The notes under the pieces were generated by a model that ran no database searches, had not been told where the DNA came from, and worked only from the letters and a program-made list of their open reading frames with translations. Shown piece after piece: positions 1 through 12,110 of a stretch of 45,491 nucleotides of DNA (its first letter is position 1; each line of letters opens with the position of its first letter). This DNA comes from Octopus bimaculoides (Eukaryota), in NCBI RefSeq assembly GCF_001194135.2, contig NC_068991.1, positions 33,816,209 to 33,861,699 on the forward strand, given 5' to 3'. Position numbers and translations under genes: made by a program.

Positions 1-446
1 CTTCTCTTCCGCCGACACGAGCACTTCAAGAGTTCTTGATGCAGTATCGGAGAACACCGACATCCTGTGGATTCTCTCCAAGTGAACTTTTGAATCACCG
101 GCAGATACGAACAAGGATTGATTCTCTGCTGCCATCGCCAGCACACATTGCTCAAGGCAAACAGTCTAAGGAAGCATATAAGTCTCAAGTGACTCCGGGC
201 TAAATGTCGCTAAAGTTACTAGGCAGTACAAGGCCGGAGATCCTGTGTATGCACTATACTATAGACCTCGCCGAGACAAAGATCCCCGATGGGTACCAGC
301 AATCATTAAGAAGTCATTGCAGCAGATCACCCGATGGAGATCTTGGAAACTGTGCCACTAACTCAAAAACAAACCAGACCCAAGACCATGTTACCCGTTC
401 CGGAGTATGGACCAGACAACCCAAGACGGTCCAAGAGAACCCGTAA
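1..446 (+). pseudogene. Ty3/Gypsy LTR retrotransposon integrase C-terminal remnant (frameshifted, with stops)
   Basis: Manual translation from position 21 gives ALQEFLMQYRRTPTSCGFSPSELLNHRQIRTRIDSLLPSPAHIAQGKQ. After a frame change it reads YKAGDPVYALYYRPRRDKDPRWVPAIIKK. This matches the post-catalytic integrase/GPY-F region of K02A2.6-like Gypsy polyproteins (from memory). Confidence 0.85.
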
Positions 447-505
447 AACCCAAGAGAGACTTTGCTGTTGATACTTCTTGTGTAGCATCAATTTCAGTGG
501 GGAGG

Positions 506-774
506 TGTTATATGGACTGTTAGATTTGTTTGTTGTTCGTCTGAAGTCCCATATTTCAATGTAGTTCGTCTGAGGTCCCTGTTTCGTTGTTGTTTTGAGT
601 GACTGTCGATGTTGAATGTTATTGGGATAGATATGGCGAGGACAACATTCTTGTTTCTTGATAACTAACAATTCGGTGAGTGAGTTCTTTGTTTATAGTT
701 AATAAATAAATGTGATAACTAAATAGTACAACTCGTTGTGTTTTCTCTGCGAGTCCCACGAGAGGAATACAACA
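506..774 (+). mobile_element. 3' LTR of the Gypsy element (269 bp), preceded by a polypurine tract
   Basis: PPT GGGGAGG at 499-505 directly abuts TGTTAT at 506. The LTR ends ACAACA at 774 (TGTT...AACA termini). AATAAA lies near 702-710. Sequence after 774 is unrelated LINE coding sequence. Confidence 0.85.
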
Positions 775-1900
775 GACACCATCTGACTCTAGGCTTTTCC
801 AATTTGGGATTTCGTTTATCTGTTTTTTTATCTTTTCTGTATTTATTGTTTTACTGTCTTGACCTTGTATATTTCTTAACCTAATTTGGATTTCATGCAG
901 CCACTCCACTTTATCATTATGCTTTACAGATTGATCCCAGATTCCTCCACATAATTCCTTGCCTTCATCTGCATTAGACACCAATGTTATGTGCACTTGC
1001 CTATCGAGTTCCTCAAACATTTTTTTCTGATTGGCTTCAAACAATCTGTTCTACCTGAATTGTTTTATTTTATTGTCATATCTTTCCAGTTTTGCCTTGA
1101 TTACTACTGCCCTTTATTTCAATCCTTCCAGTTTTACATCATACCTTCTATCTCTTATTCTGTAAGTTCTTTACAGTCTGATTCTTATGCTTTTGTTTTG
1201 CAATTCCTCTCTTTTCAATCTTGCCCCAAATGTCTTTTTAACTTTGTTTCTCATAAATTTGTCTCCATCAGTATGGTTCTTTACAGGCTGTTTATTCTCT
1301 TCTTTTGTATCCAACTCTTTCTCCAGCAACCTTAGCTGCAGCCCTGATAATCTTGTTGGTTTCAATTATATTTCTCATCTGAAAGAGTTCAAGAACAGAA
1401 TCTATCTTTTTTATTGAGACACCATCTCTTGTAAGATTGTCAACCAAGACTGAAGAGCTCTTACTACCATATTTCTGAGTGTTGGGGATCATGGACACTT
1501 ACATTCATATGATATCCATGATTCTCACTGGGAAACATGACGCTGGTTGGTCCCATATCCTCATCTGACCATTACTCAGGAGCTAGCTCCCAATTTGTGC
1601 TTCATCTTCTTTCATTCCAAGAATGAAGTTGTTGGTCGCTGACAAGTTATGACCAAGGTGGTTAAGGAGTCCTGTCTACTCCAGTTTTTAAATCATAACA
1701 TTCCTTCTCCTAGACAGACTGCCGACCAAGGCTAATGAGTTCTGTCTACTTGATTTGGCATGGCCATTGACTCTTCTAAGTGCCTCTGCCCTTTGCTGGG
1801 TCTTGTTTTTTATCCCACAGGTTGTCTCAAAACAATATTTCACCCTCCTCACCAAGCAAGATTAATGAGGTTGATGGTATAGTCGCCAACTGTCCAACCG
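775..1900 (-). mobile_element. Degenerate Dong/R4-type non-LTR retrotransposon, 5' part, cut by the LTR insertion
   Basis: Minus-strand peptides TNKIIRAAAKVAGERVG, ELCGGIWDQSVKHNDKVEWL and KKQINEIPNWKSLESDGV resemble the pre-RT region and PNWKAPGPDGV motif of R4/Dong elements. Many stops. The 1640-1900 part is presumed 5' UTR and is less certain. Confidence 0.7.
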
Positions 1901-1939
1901 ACTGCTAGACAATGTGATGGCTGCATTGTGTCATGTTAT

Positions 1940-2105
1940 TTTTTTAATTTATTATTATCATTATTTCCACTACTATTGCTACCATTTCCTGTACCTGTTA
2001 TTAACATTACTGTTATTGCTAGCATTATTATTATTACTACTATTTGTTGGTGTTGTTGTTGTCTGTAGTAGTGGTAGCTCTGTTGCTGTCATTATCATTC
2101 CTATG
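1940..2105. repeat. Degenerate (TAT/TAC/TGT)n microsatellite
   Basis: Runs such as ttattattatcattatt, attattattattactac and gttgttgtt. Confidence 0.85.
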
Positions 2106-2270
2106 TAACAGTGAGTGTGTTGAGTCTTGGAACAAGCTAGTCATCAGGCTGCTTGATTGGTCTGGTGGTGGTTAGGGGGCGAGTGGTAGGGGTTCTGTGT
2201 AGAACAGGAGCAGGATGGGCTAAGCAGAATCAGCTTAAATATATAAATACATAATATGTATACGTATATA

Positions 2271-3090
2271 CAGGGTGCGATTGGTAAATTGTCACCATTT
2301 TATATTTTTAATTTCATGCATGTGCATTGTTTGTTTTTGAGTTTGTTGACTACACAGTATAGTAGGGTCATTTGGGCACCATCTGAGAGAAAAACAGCAT
2401 CATGATACAATTCACTCTGCCAGAAATTTGGAAATGACATGCTGTACTGCTTGGCATTTGCGCCAAAAGCTCCAATATGAACATTTCAGAGTGTTTGCGT
2501 GTCAATCTGAGGAGAGTGCAGAAGATTCGGAAAGAGTTAGATGAGACTAACGGTGATTATGAAGTTACGGCTGCTCGGAAAACTTACTCTCATTGTTTTG
2601 ATAAGAAAAGAACTGAATTTGTTGGTGAGATCCAGGCCATGACTGACAATGATCCCTCCAAGTCAATCAGGTCCATCACCAGGGAAATGGGAGTGTCTGA
2701 GTGTCAGACAGGTAGTGCGTGCAAACATTTGGTATTCCTCATACAAGATGAGAAAGGGCCAATTTTTATTTCAAGCCATCAAGGTCAAGAGGAAAGACTA
2801 CACTACAAAGTTTTTGAACAAACTCAAGTATCCCCCTCCAACTGAACGTGCTTTGGTTTTCCCCAGATGAGAAAAATTTCTGCTAGGTTCAGAAACTTAA
2901 ACAAAGAAGCTATCCAGAAGAGTTGCAGGAGATTCTGAAGTCGTCTGGAGGCTATAGTGATTTTACTGAATAAATTTACTCTTTAGTATTTCAAGACATT
3001 TTTATGTAACTTTTGTAAATATATCTGTTAAAATGAGATGACAGTGTTATTTTCATTTTTGTGTAATTTAGACAACAATTTATTCACCTG
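2271..3090 (+). mobile_element. Internally deleted Tc1/mariner-superfamily DNA transposon (Tc1/maT-like)
   Basis: Flanked by TA on both sides, with degenerate termini CAGGGTGCG... and ...CACCTG. HTH region DPSKSIRSITREMGVSE and YKMRKGQFL are present. WFSPDEKNFC is joined directly to the C-terminal LNKEAIQKSCRRF*SRLEAIV, so the rest of the catalytic core is missing. Confidence 0.85.
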
Positions 3091-3101
3091 TATATATATA
3101 T

Positions 3102-3201
3102 NNNNNNNNNNNNNNNNNNNNNNNNNNNNNNNNNNNNNNNNNNNNNNNNNNNNNNNNNNNNNNNNNNNNNNNNNNNNNNNNNNNNNNNNNNNNNNNNNNN
3201 N
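3102..3201. other. Assembly gap (100 N)
   Basis: N run between (TA)n and (CTT)n microsatellites. Confidence 1.
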
Positions 3202-3243
3202 CTTCTTCTTCTTCTTCTTCTTCTTCTTCTTCTTCTTCTTCTT
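3202..3243. repeat. (CTT)n microsatellite
   Basis: Perfect CTT run after the gap. Confidence 0.95.
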
Positions 3244-4677
3244 CTCTTGCTTCTTCAGTTGAGCAATGAGGTTGATGAGATCGACTTACCACCTACCCCA
3301 AAATTACTAGCCTTGTGCCAAAATTTGAAACCAATATTATAATTATTATTTTGTTTAATTTTGCTCACTCTGAGCGGAATTTGTGCTATATTTTCTAAAT
3401 TGTATCCACATTTTAAAAAGAATAACAAAACATGGTGTCAAATTTTTCAGCAATAAATCAAGGGAATGAAACCAGAGATTGGAAGAGCTGTTTTGAGGCT
3501 GACTTCCCACATTGACTAAAAAACACCATGGTCTCCACCATGACTATTATGACCAATGCCAGGCAACAAAGCAAATGACAATAACAACTAACACAAAGAA
3601 AATGAAAACAATAACAACAAAAATGAGACCATAGAGCAAAAAAAAAAAAACTCCAATGGTTCATTAAACACACCTGCTCATTCCACCTTTGCCAACACAA
3701 AAAATGAAAACACAATGACTTGCAAATCTAGTATCACAGCCCACCAACAAGTGAAACAAATTATTTTATCTTTGGAAGAATTAAAAAAGCAAAAACTTTT
3801 TGATGAGATCCGGATGAAACATTGCACTTAACATCCTGGAATCCACCCAACAAAAAGAAAACCTCAAAATTATGGTAAATAATAGCCACAAAAAATAAGA
3901 AAATAGTGCAGGCGAAACAGTGGCAGATGGAAAAGTGCCTCAGACCAAGCTGGGACACCAAAACATCTGTCACCAGAGGAAAATAGTACAGTACAGTAGA
4001 GGTAACATTCTCTATTGAGGAAATGTTCCATAACAACCATAAGGAGTGATGAACCAGTCCTCATTCCAACTTACTATCTTAATTGTGCTGCCAAAAATAA
4101 ACATCTGCTAGTTGGTGGCAGCTGTCTTTTTTTGACATAGAAGACAAAACCAATAGTCTGCAAGTCCAGGGACTGCAGAAATAAAATTGGTCAGGCCAAG
4201 GGATGAAGCTATTGATCCAAATGGATTACTAAAACATGAAATCTGTCCAGGAACTGATCAATCTGCCAGCCAGCACAACATTTTACATGGCTGCTGAAAG
4301 CAGAAGGCTGGGGTATCACATGTGTAGTGACAAAAATAGCTTCACAGCAAAGAAGGAGAAATGAAAGACCACCACTTCTGCCAAAACAATCCCGACAACA
4401 GGAACAGCACCAGCAGCAGCAGTGACTGCAGCACCTACAGCAACAACAACGATGGAAGCAGTATCAACAAAAGTAATAGAAAAATACACCAACATCACAG
4501 ACAGTAGCAACAACAGTGTTAAAAACCCACAAAACAACAGTTATATCAACAGAACAGTACCACAAACCTCCCCAAGACATGACCTTCACTGACTCACATC
4601 ATGTAGATATGTTGTGTATTGAAGACAACAAGAGGATACTAAATGGCAAATTGTAACAAATGGAAAAAAGAAAATCT

Positions 4678-4894
4678 TTTATCTTTTACTTGTTTCAGTC
4701 ATTAGAACTGAAGCCATGCTGGGGCACTGCCCTGAAGAATTTTAGTCGAACAAATTGACCTCAGTACTTATTTTTTTGTAAAGCCTGGCACTTATTCTAT
4801 TGGTTTCTTTTGCCAAATTGCTAAGTTAGAGAGACGTAAACACACCAAAACCAGTTGTGAAGCAGTAGTATGGAATAAACACAGACACATAAGT

Positions 4895-4932
<38 letters not shown>

Positions 4933-5090
4933 ATGTATGTATATGACGAGCTTCTTTCAGTTTCCATTTACCAAATCCTCTCACAAAGCTTTGGCTGGCC
5001 TGAGGCTATAGTAGAAGACACTTTCCCAAGGTGCCATGGAACCATGTGGTGAAGCAAACTTTTTACAAACAGCAACACTTGTGCTTAGGA
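4678..5090 (-). mobile_element. tRNA-derived SINE, family A (with internal (CA)n)
   Basis: Shares blocks ttttacttgtttcagtc, gccatgctggggcac, cttctttcagtttcc and gaagacactt-cccaaggtgcca with the copies at 14530 and 21348. CpGs are largely decayed. Confidence 0.85.
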
Positions 5091-5459
5091 AAACAGAAAT
5101 ACACCAACTAAAAGGGAAAAAATTGGAAGATATGAACAAATTGGGGAGGTGCCTTTTTGCAACAAAACACCAGCTCCACACCCAATAGCAGCTACACCAG
5201 CACTATCAATACTATCATCCCCATCACCACCACTACCACTATCACAGACACTATCATCACAAGCACAAGCACAGCCAAATTCACACAAACATCGTCAGAA
5301 CACATGCCTCAACACAAACACAAAATAACCCATTAACTACACAGCCATAAATACAAATTTAAAAACTAATGAATCACATGCTAGATGGAGGTACGAAATA
5401 CCTGTCCTTTTATAAGAATATAATAAGTCGCCCTTTACTCATTTCCCCCTTTTCTTGTC

Positions 5460-8160
5460 AAACATGGTTGTGCTCAAAATGAACAAAGTGAATGCACATG
5501 ACCTGGTGGCAACTTGGAAGTAGGACCATTTGCTGAACGACCTCAGGTCACTAGATATAGATGTGGTGGTCATCAGCGAATCTGGTGTTGCCTTTATGCC
5601 CATTTTTGGTGGTTAATAGATTTACTTATTTTCAAGTCAACTGGGATTGGGAGGCGAAGCTGCTGTGTTGTTTCAGAAGGATTTGGATCTCATGATATCA
5701 ACTATCTTCTTGCACCCAAAAGGTAAGTTGGTGGTCATGGATGTGAGCAAAGGCTGTGCCTTCAAACTAATAGCTATTTATACTCTAGCAACTGGATTTC
5801 TTCAGGCATCTAGAGGTTTCCCACCTTTTAGTACAAGTGGGCGACTAGAATATCTTGGATGCACCTTTGAATTGTGTGGGGCTACAGGATAGGAGAAGGG
5901 TTGCAAAGGCCTCAGAAAAGTGTTCAGACGTTTCCATCTGTATGCTAGGTGCTGATAAAATTTTGCAAATGTGCCAATGTGGATATGGACGAACCATATT
6001 GGGTCATTCAGGTCTTATCTAGAGAGAGTGTTATGTAGGCCAGTATATAAGGATAGCACAGGTTGTCCACATTTTAAAATCGTCAGCTATACAGACCACA
6101 AATTGGCGACCTATATAGCTTTGTAGGTAGGGACCCAGTTACTGGAAGTTGAACTTGTTGCTCCCGGCACGCCAAGATTACAGGCACTTGATTGGCGAAT
6201 TTGTTAAGTGGGTGTTGGCAGCGTCAGTTGTCAACAAATAGTGGTTTGTCTTGAAAAGGGCGATTAGACTAGAATCAATTAGGTTTCCTAATTCATAGTG
6301 AGAGAAAATAGAATATAGGCATAGAAACTTAGAAGAGTCGCTTAGGAAAGACATCGCAATCAGCATGCTCACAGCAATATTAACCCTCAGCTAATTCTTC
6401 ACAGCAATGCACGGAGGTTGCATTGTCAGAGCTAAGGCACTTGCTCTAAGACACAAGGGGCAAAATTCACTTGACAGGTTTGACTGGCAGAGGCGCAACG
6501 TGGTAACGGTGTCACTATCCGATCTTTGGTGGATAACAGGTGCGTACTATTCAACACCAAGCAGCTGTGTGTGGATTTCTAGCAGTATTTCGCTCCTTTG
6601 TTCAGGAAGAATGATGGGCAAGATTGCACGATGGGTTTCAGTGCTTATCTCAACGGCCTGCTGCAACTCTCGGCAGGGAAGGTGGAGTGTTGCAAAAAAC
6701 TGATAGCAGACCTACAAATACGGGGAGCAATGATTGGCTGCACAGGAGTGCAAATCGACTGGTTTGGATGGTCTGCCCTACACGCTTGTTTGGAGATCTC
6801 TTAGCAGATATCTACTGCAAATGGCAGCAGAGTGGGAGAATTTCTGGTTTTGTGAGTTGAGGAGTGAAAGCACTGCAGGTTGAAATGACACAAACAAGGG
6901 TGGAGTCACATACCTGCTAAACACAGATTTCAAAATTTTGGTTAAAGTGTTAGCAGAAAGGTTGGCACTGGTCGTCAATGTCATCTAGTTGGTGATGCAC
7001 AACACGCACCATCCTAAACAGATCTATTCACAACAATGTCCTCCTCATGCGATGCTTAATAGAGAGAGTGGGTAAAGAACGTGGTATGGGGTGGGGCCCT
7101 GATTAATTTAGATCAATCAAAAGTTTTCGACTACCAATATTTGGTGGTTGTTCTCATGCGGCCGGTTTCGATACCGTCTTCTGTGACTGAATTTTCACAA
7201 TGTACAGCAACATCTGCTCGGTGGTTCAGGAGAATGGTCACTTTTCAGAACAATTCAGTATCGTGCACTTGGACTGTCAAGGTTGTTCCCTCTCATTTCT
7301 TTTTTCTGTATGTACTGACTGCTGAGCCACTATTGCTGTAAATGGAAATATTGCGGGGTGTCCCGCATGAACTAGGATGTGGGAGAATCGTGCCTGCATA
7401 TGCAGATGATGCCACTGTCACAATGTCAGACACCAGGCACATAGAAGTGATGGGAATGCAAGATAGTGACAAGCAAAAATCAACCAAGAAAAGTCAGTAT
7501 CTGGAGAGGTAAGTTCATGTCGTCTAACGGCATCATGGAATGTTGGACGGATGGACAGATTAAATTATTTTGGGTCTGATTTGTTTCAAATCTTCAAGTG
7601 AAGAAGATCTGGATCAAGGTGATGAGCAGGGTTGCCAATCACACCCGGAAATGGGCTGAGAGATAACTATCCCTTAAACTTGGGCAGAGGTGGCGAATGC
7701 ATACATCGCCTCCATCATATATTACCGCTTGACCATTGTGCTTTACCTCAGTACATGTCTGACAGGACAAGAGCACCTGCGTTATACTAGCCAGGTGCTC
7801 CATTTCTTGTCAACATTCTCTGAGTGAAGGATTGGGTATGCTGTGCAGATATGTTCTGAGGCATTTCTTTAACAGTGAGTAGGCGTGGTCATTGTTTTTC
7901 AAACTCACATTTCTGCAGCCCGCCTTTTGGCTGGGCTGCAGTCCTGGATCAAGCAGAGCACCTGGTACCTAGTGTGTTGCTAGGTGCTCACAGCATTTTG
8001 CTAGCCAGGGCAACGCGGTTGGGAGAAGTTCCACTTTGGTGTTATACAAAAGTTGAGTGACAGGAAAGAATGACAACATTCTCAGGGATCTCTGGGTGTT
8101 GGTGAGAATCAACCAGCTGGTATGTTCTGGAGGACTTTTGGGCTGGGTTCCATTTATAAT
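5460..8160 (+). mobile_element. Degenerate L1/Tx1-clade LINE ORF2 (APE endonuclease + RT)
   Basis: Endonuclease peptides HLLNDLRSLDIDVVVISE and GGEAAVLFQKDLDLMISTIFLHPKGKLVVMDV. RT motifs FKILVKVLAERL, GGALINLDQSKVFD, LYVLTAEPLL and AYADDATVT. Many stops and frameshifts. 3760-4300 may be an ORF1 remnant (not confirmed). Confidence 0.85.
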
Positions 8161-9519
8161 TTCCAGAAATCTCTAGCCTGACTGTGCTACCAGTGAACTT
8201 CAAATTATTTGATCATTGATATAGCAATTCTTTCAGCAATCAAAAAAAAAAAAATCGTTTGGCAAGGTTTTTATATTTATCTTACAAATGCTCTTGCAAC
8301 TAAGATATGCCCATAGCATATGATTTGCGAAGAATAGAAATACTTCTGTCCAAATCACAGCTACTATGAGTAAATTTTTCGTCTCAGTAAATTATAGAAA
8401 TATGCATTCAATGTAACAAATAATTATTACTCTCATAAATTTCGAAGTCACATTTAATAATGAAAGCAGACTAGCACACTTTAAGTGTCAATAGAATAAG
8501 TACCAGGGAAGATATAATCGTATCCATCTATTCGTACATTAATTTCAGTTAATTCATCAAGAAACGATAAATAACAGAACTTGTCAGTCAGTTGTCTTAC
8601 GAATTACAAAATATGTGTCCCTTAGTTTCCTGTTAGCTGTTGACTTTGTGATGAAGAAGGGAACTAATAGGAGCATTGCGCGACTGTGATAAAATTAAAT
8701 GGAAGGATTTTGTGATTTAGCCTTTGCAGCAGAAGCAAGAGCTGAGCTGCAAGAATTAGGTACTCGAAGAACAAGCAGGACAGCCGGGTTCAGAATTATC
8801 TTGGCTAGATTTGACGCATGTATCAAATATGAATAACAAAAACGTCAGTAGTGACATAAGGTCCGGCTATAACCAGCAATTAGTCTGCTGACGGTTTTGT
8901 ATAGTTGAAACATGGAGAATGTCGGTGAAAGTGACCAAAAAGCTAGATATAATTTACAAACGATATCTATGGACGATCCTCAAAGTCACCTAGCAAGATG
9001 GAACTACAAATGTAAAAATACTTCTGGGAAGCAAATTCCAGCCACTGCAAAACACCTTGGTTATGTTTCTGTTTCGTACGAAGGTTTCATTTTGCGTTTG
9101 CCTGGTACTTGGCATGCAATGCTTGCTATGGCATCGACGAAGACGACCAGTGTGGTCGCTATAATTCGGTCGAATTGCTAACCTCAGTTACTATTGAATC
9201 CTTGTCATATACTTCTATGAGCACAGAGAAAGAGCCGACTGAAAAACACCTGGCGGCGGGTATTCTAAGAAAGCCTCAAGCGCACGAAGACCAATGGGTT
9301 GGAACGGGAAGAATGGCAGCAAATCGACCCACACGCACTGGAGGAAGTCCGGTGCGTTTCGTATGAGATGATTTAAGTCTATAATATATTGTCTTCGATT
9401 ACATTCCTTATTTTATCAGCCCTTATTTTACGAATATAAATGTTATGCGTATAACAAATTACTACTCCACTTTCGTTCCACAGTTAACGTCACATACATA
9501 AACCGTTGCAGAAAAATAT

Positions 9520-9770
9520 TTCTTTATTGCCCACAGGGGACTAAACATAGAGGGGACAAACAAGGACAGACAAACGGTTTAAATCGGTTACATCGACCTC
9601 AGCGCGTAACTGGTACTTATTTAATCGATCCCGAAAGGATGAAAGGCAAAGTCGATCTCGGCAGAGTTTGAACTCAGAACGTAACGCTAGACGAAATACC
9701 GCTAAACATTTCGCCTGGCGTGCTAACGATTCTGCCAGCTCGCCACCCTTAGCAGAAAAATATTATGGAT
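9520..9770 (-). mobile_element. tRNA-derived SINE, family B (CpG intact)
   Basis: Minus-strand head GGCGAGCTGGCAGAATCGTTAGCA, B-box-like GAGTTCAAAC and central CTTTGCCTTTCATCCTTTCGGGATCGATT. Homologous to 40865-41045. Confidence 0.85.
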
Positions 9771-10396
9771 AAAAAACTAAACCTTGCGTAATGTAAGAAT
9801 TCAGTACTATTGATTGTAGTACATTGCGTGGAAGTTCTTTTCCATGTACATTAGCTGTGCTAGCGAAATATCTTCAATCAGAAACTGAACCTGGACCGTA
9901 GACTCGGTCACATTCCCAGATCCTTTGTGGTACTCTACCGTAATAATGTAAACAGTGAACCATAGGTAGCGAATATTGTACAGCAAGAAATAGCTCCCGT
10001 CTATCCGTGTTCGCGATATTGTTTCTATTCTCTTTGAGAAGGCTATAAATTCTCTGTCATATGTCTCTTCGTCTATAAATCTATGGTTTTAATTTTCATA
10101 TAATGACTATAAATACTTTATATGAAAACGTTCGACTGCTAATACAATAAATCTAAGGGAAATCACCACGACTGTCTGAAACCGTTCCTTTAAGCATGCG
10201 CATACGTTTCTACATAGCAGGAAGCCTGTTTAAGATCAATGTGTACACATATTTGTTCTGTAATTAGTACGCGCTGACTGGCTGCGTCTACTAGTGAATT
10301 AGCAGTAATGTTTCACTTACTAAGTTTATTTTCCATGTCATCAGTAAGTGCAGAAATCACAACAAACCATTACGTATAGTCAGTTCGGTATAGGCC

Positions 10397-10684
10397 ATGT
10401 CGTTTAGGAAGGGCCTCAAGAGCGTGACACAATCCAGATTGGAACGAGATTGCCGCTACTTACGACAGTATGACACCCGCTGCAATATCGGCCTCGAAAA
10501 AGACGACCCGTATGATCGCTATAATTTGGTCGAATCGTCAACTTCAGTTGCTACTGAATCCTCATCATATACTTCTCTGTGCACAGAGAACAACAGAGCC
10601 GTATCTTCGTCATCTCAATCCAGGAGTGCTGTGGATCGGGAAAGGTGTAATAAGTCCAGAGACAGAGGAAAGGATCACAGAAAG
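10397..10684 (+). CDS. Putative first coding exon (96 aa, MSFRKGLK...RDRGKDHRK) of the ZNF318-like gene
   Basis: ATG in a GCCATG context and an open frame ending at AAG|GTCAGT, a phase-0 donor. This matches the phase-0 acceptor at 23850. Ser/Arg-rich end and CpG-rich. The link to the large exon is inferred from phase only. Confidence 0.6.
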
Positions 10685-11918
10685 GTCAGTCGTGTTTTTC
10701 AATCGAACATTCGCTTCTTAATTGAAAAAAGTCCTTAGGTTAAGGCTGTTGTTGATAGATATTTTCATGAGCTTAATGTATGTCTCTTTTCTTTTCACCA
10801 GTTCGTATAAAGTTTTTAAAATGTGTTTAATTGCCTTAGCTAACTTTTGTAATACTTAATTCGCTATGTAAAAACGTGTATGCACCCTTTCGTTTGGAAA
10901 CTTCTTCCTCTCAATGTGTTTGTCGCTTTTTCACCCTCTTTGTTTTATGCATGTACACATAAGATGTCCATGCTGTGACACGATAGAGTGGGTGCATCTA
11001 GTCTCTGATTATGAAGCTTTGTAGTTTCTATTCAATCAGATTTGAAGAAATGCTTTTCGTATTGTCTATTGAAGAATTTATGACCAGTGCTTCCTTTGAT
11101 AACATTTTCCTGTATCACAGTAAATTAACGCCAACCGTAGATCTAGGGACGTGAACCAGAATTACTCAAACCATTCATCAGACGTCATCATCGATTTTTT
11201 TTGCTATGTTTGTACTTTTGTATGCGAAGAATTCTCTTCAGTTCTGCATACTTATGCTTGCTTCGTCTTCTTTCATGGAAAGACTTTTTAAAACTGAAAT
11301 TTTGGACAATTTAAAAAAATAAATTGTATATTTTTTGACTTATCTGTTATATCCCAATGGAAAAGTATAAAACAATCATTTTGAAGGGTCCCCACGCTCC
11401 GGTACATTGATGCGATTTGAATAACTCGTTATTTCAACTGTGATTCTAATAAGTTTTGTAACTAACAAACCACTTCATTGATTAGAATTCAATTTCGCAT
11501 CTAATCACAGTAGACACTCGTTTTAATTAATGATATATTCTATAACTGATTTCTTAGTTATGATTTAAAAAAAAAAACAGTTGCCATTTATTTTGGTGTC
11601 GATTAAGATATATTTTTTTTTAAATAACATATTCGTGGCGTAAAATCAAGTGTATTGATTTCCGCTTTTACTGATGTTTGTGAAACGTTAGTATATATGT
11701 TTCCAGATGGTGGTTGTATGGGAATGAGAACGGCAGGGTATGTTTCTGTTATTAAATAGCCCATGTCAGTCCGCTTTGAGGAAGCCTATGGTCATAGACA
11801 TTCCCCTCATGGTTATCATGTCTTTTCTCCGGACACAAGACATATCATCAATGGTGTCAAACATTTTGTATCAATCATGGCAAGATGCAGTCGGAGAACT
11901 ATGAGGATAAATAAAGTT

Positions 11919-12110
11919 GGTAATCTTCAAGTTTAGGGGAATAAATAAATCACACACGTGATTTGATTGACGTTAGGGTTAGGATTAGGGTTAGGGTGTG
12001 ATTTATTTATAGACAGCTAGAAGAAAACGGATAATACTGGTAAGTCGTTCAGTTATTTCCCTTGAATATTTTTATTTATTTTTTTTGTCCCCCTAAACTT
12101 GAAGATTACC
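11919..12110. mobile_element. 192-bp MITE with 21-bp TIRs and 9-bp TSD (Merlin- or Mutator-like), containing TTAGGG repeats
   Basis: GGTAATCTTCAAGTTTAGGGG (11919-11939) is the exact reverse complement of 12090-12110. AATAAAGTT is duplicated at 11910-11918 and 12111-12119. Confidence 0.9.

Larger units (their letters stand above)
8600..11700. promoter_or_regulatory. CpG-retaining non-repetitive block, putative unmethylated promoter/5' region of the ZNF318-like gene
   Basis: Manual count: 16 CpG in 288 nt (10397-10684) versus 17 CpG in the 2,970-nt exon. The SINE at 9520 keeps its CpGs. An NRF1-like GCATGCGCA lies near 10195 (weak). Confidence 0.55.

Noticed and set aside
8699-8836. 45-aa ORF MEGFCDLAFAAEARAELQELG… in the CpG-rich block
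   Set aside because: Short, no recognisable homology, no splice donor; could be a uORF but is unsupported
11973-11997. TTAGGG repeats as a telomere or fusion scar
   Set aside because: Only four units, enclosed by TIRs and a TSD, so they were delivered by a transposon
12013-12045. Strong donor CTG|GTAAGT with a nearby AG
   Set aside because: Lies inside the MITE; no support as an exon
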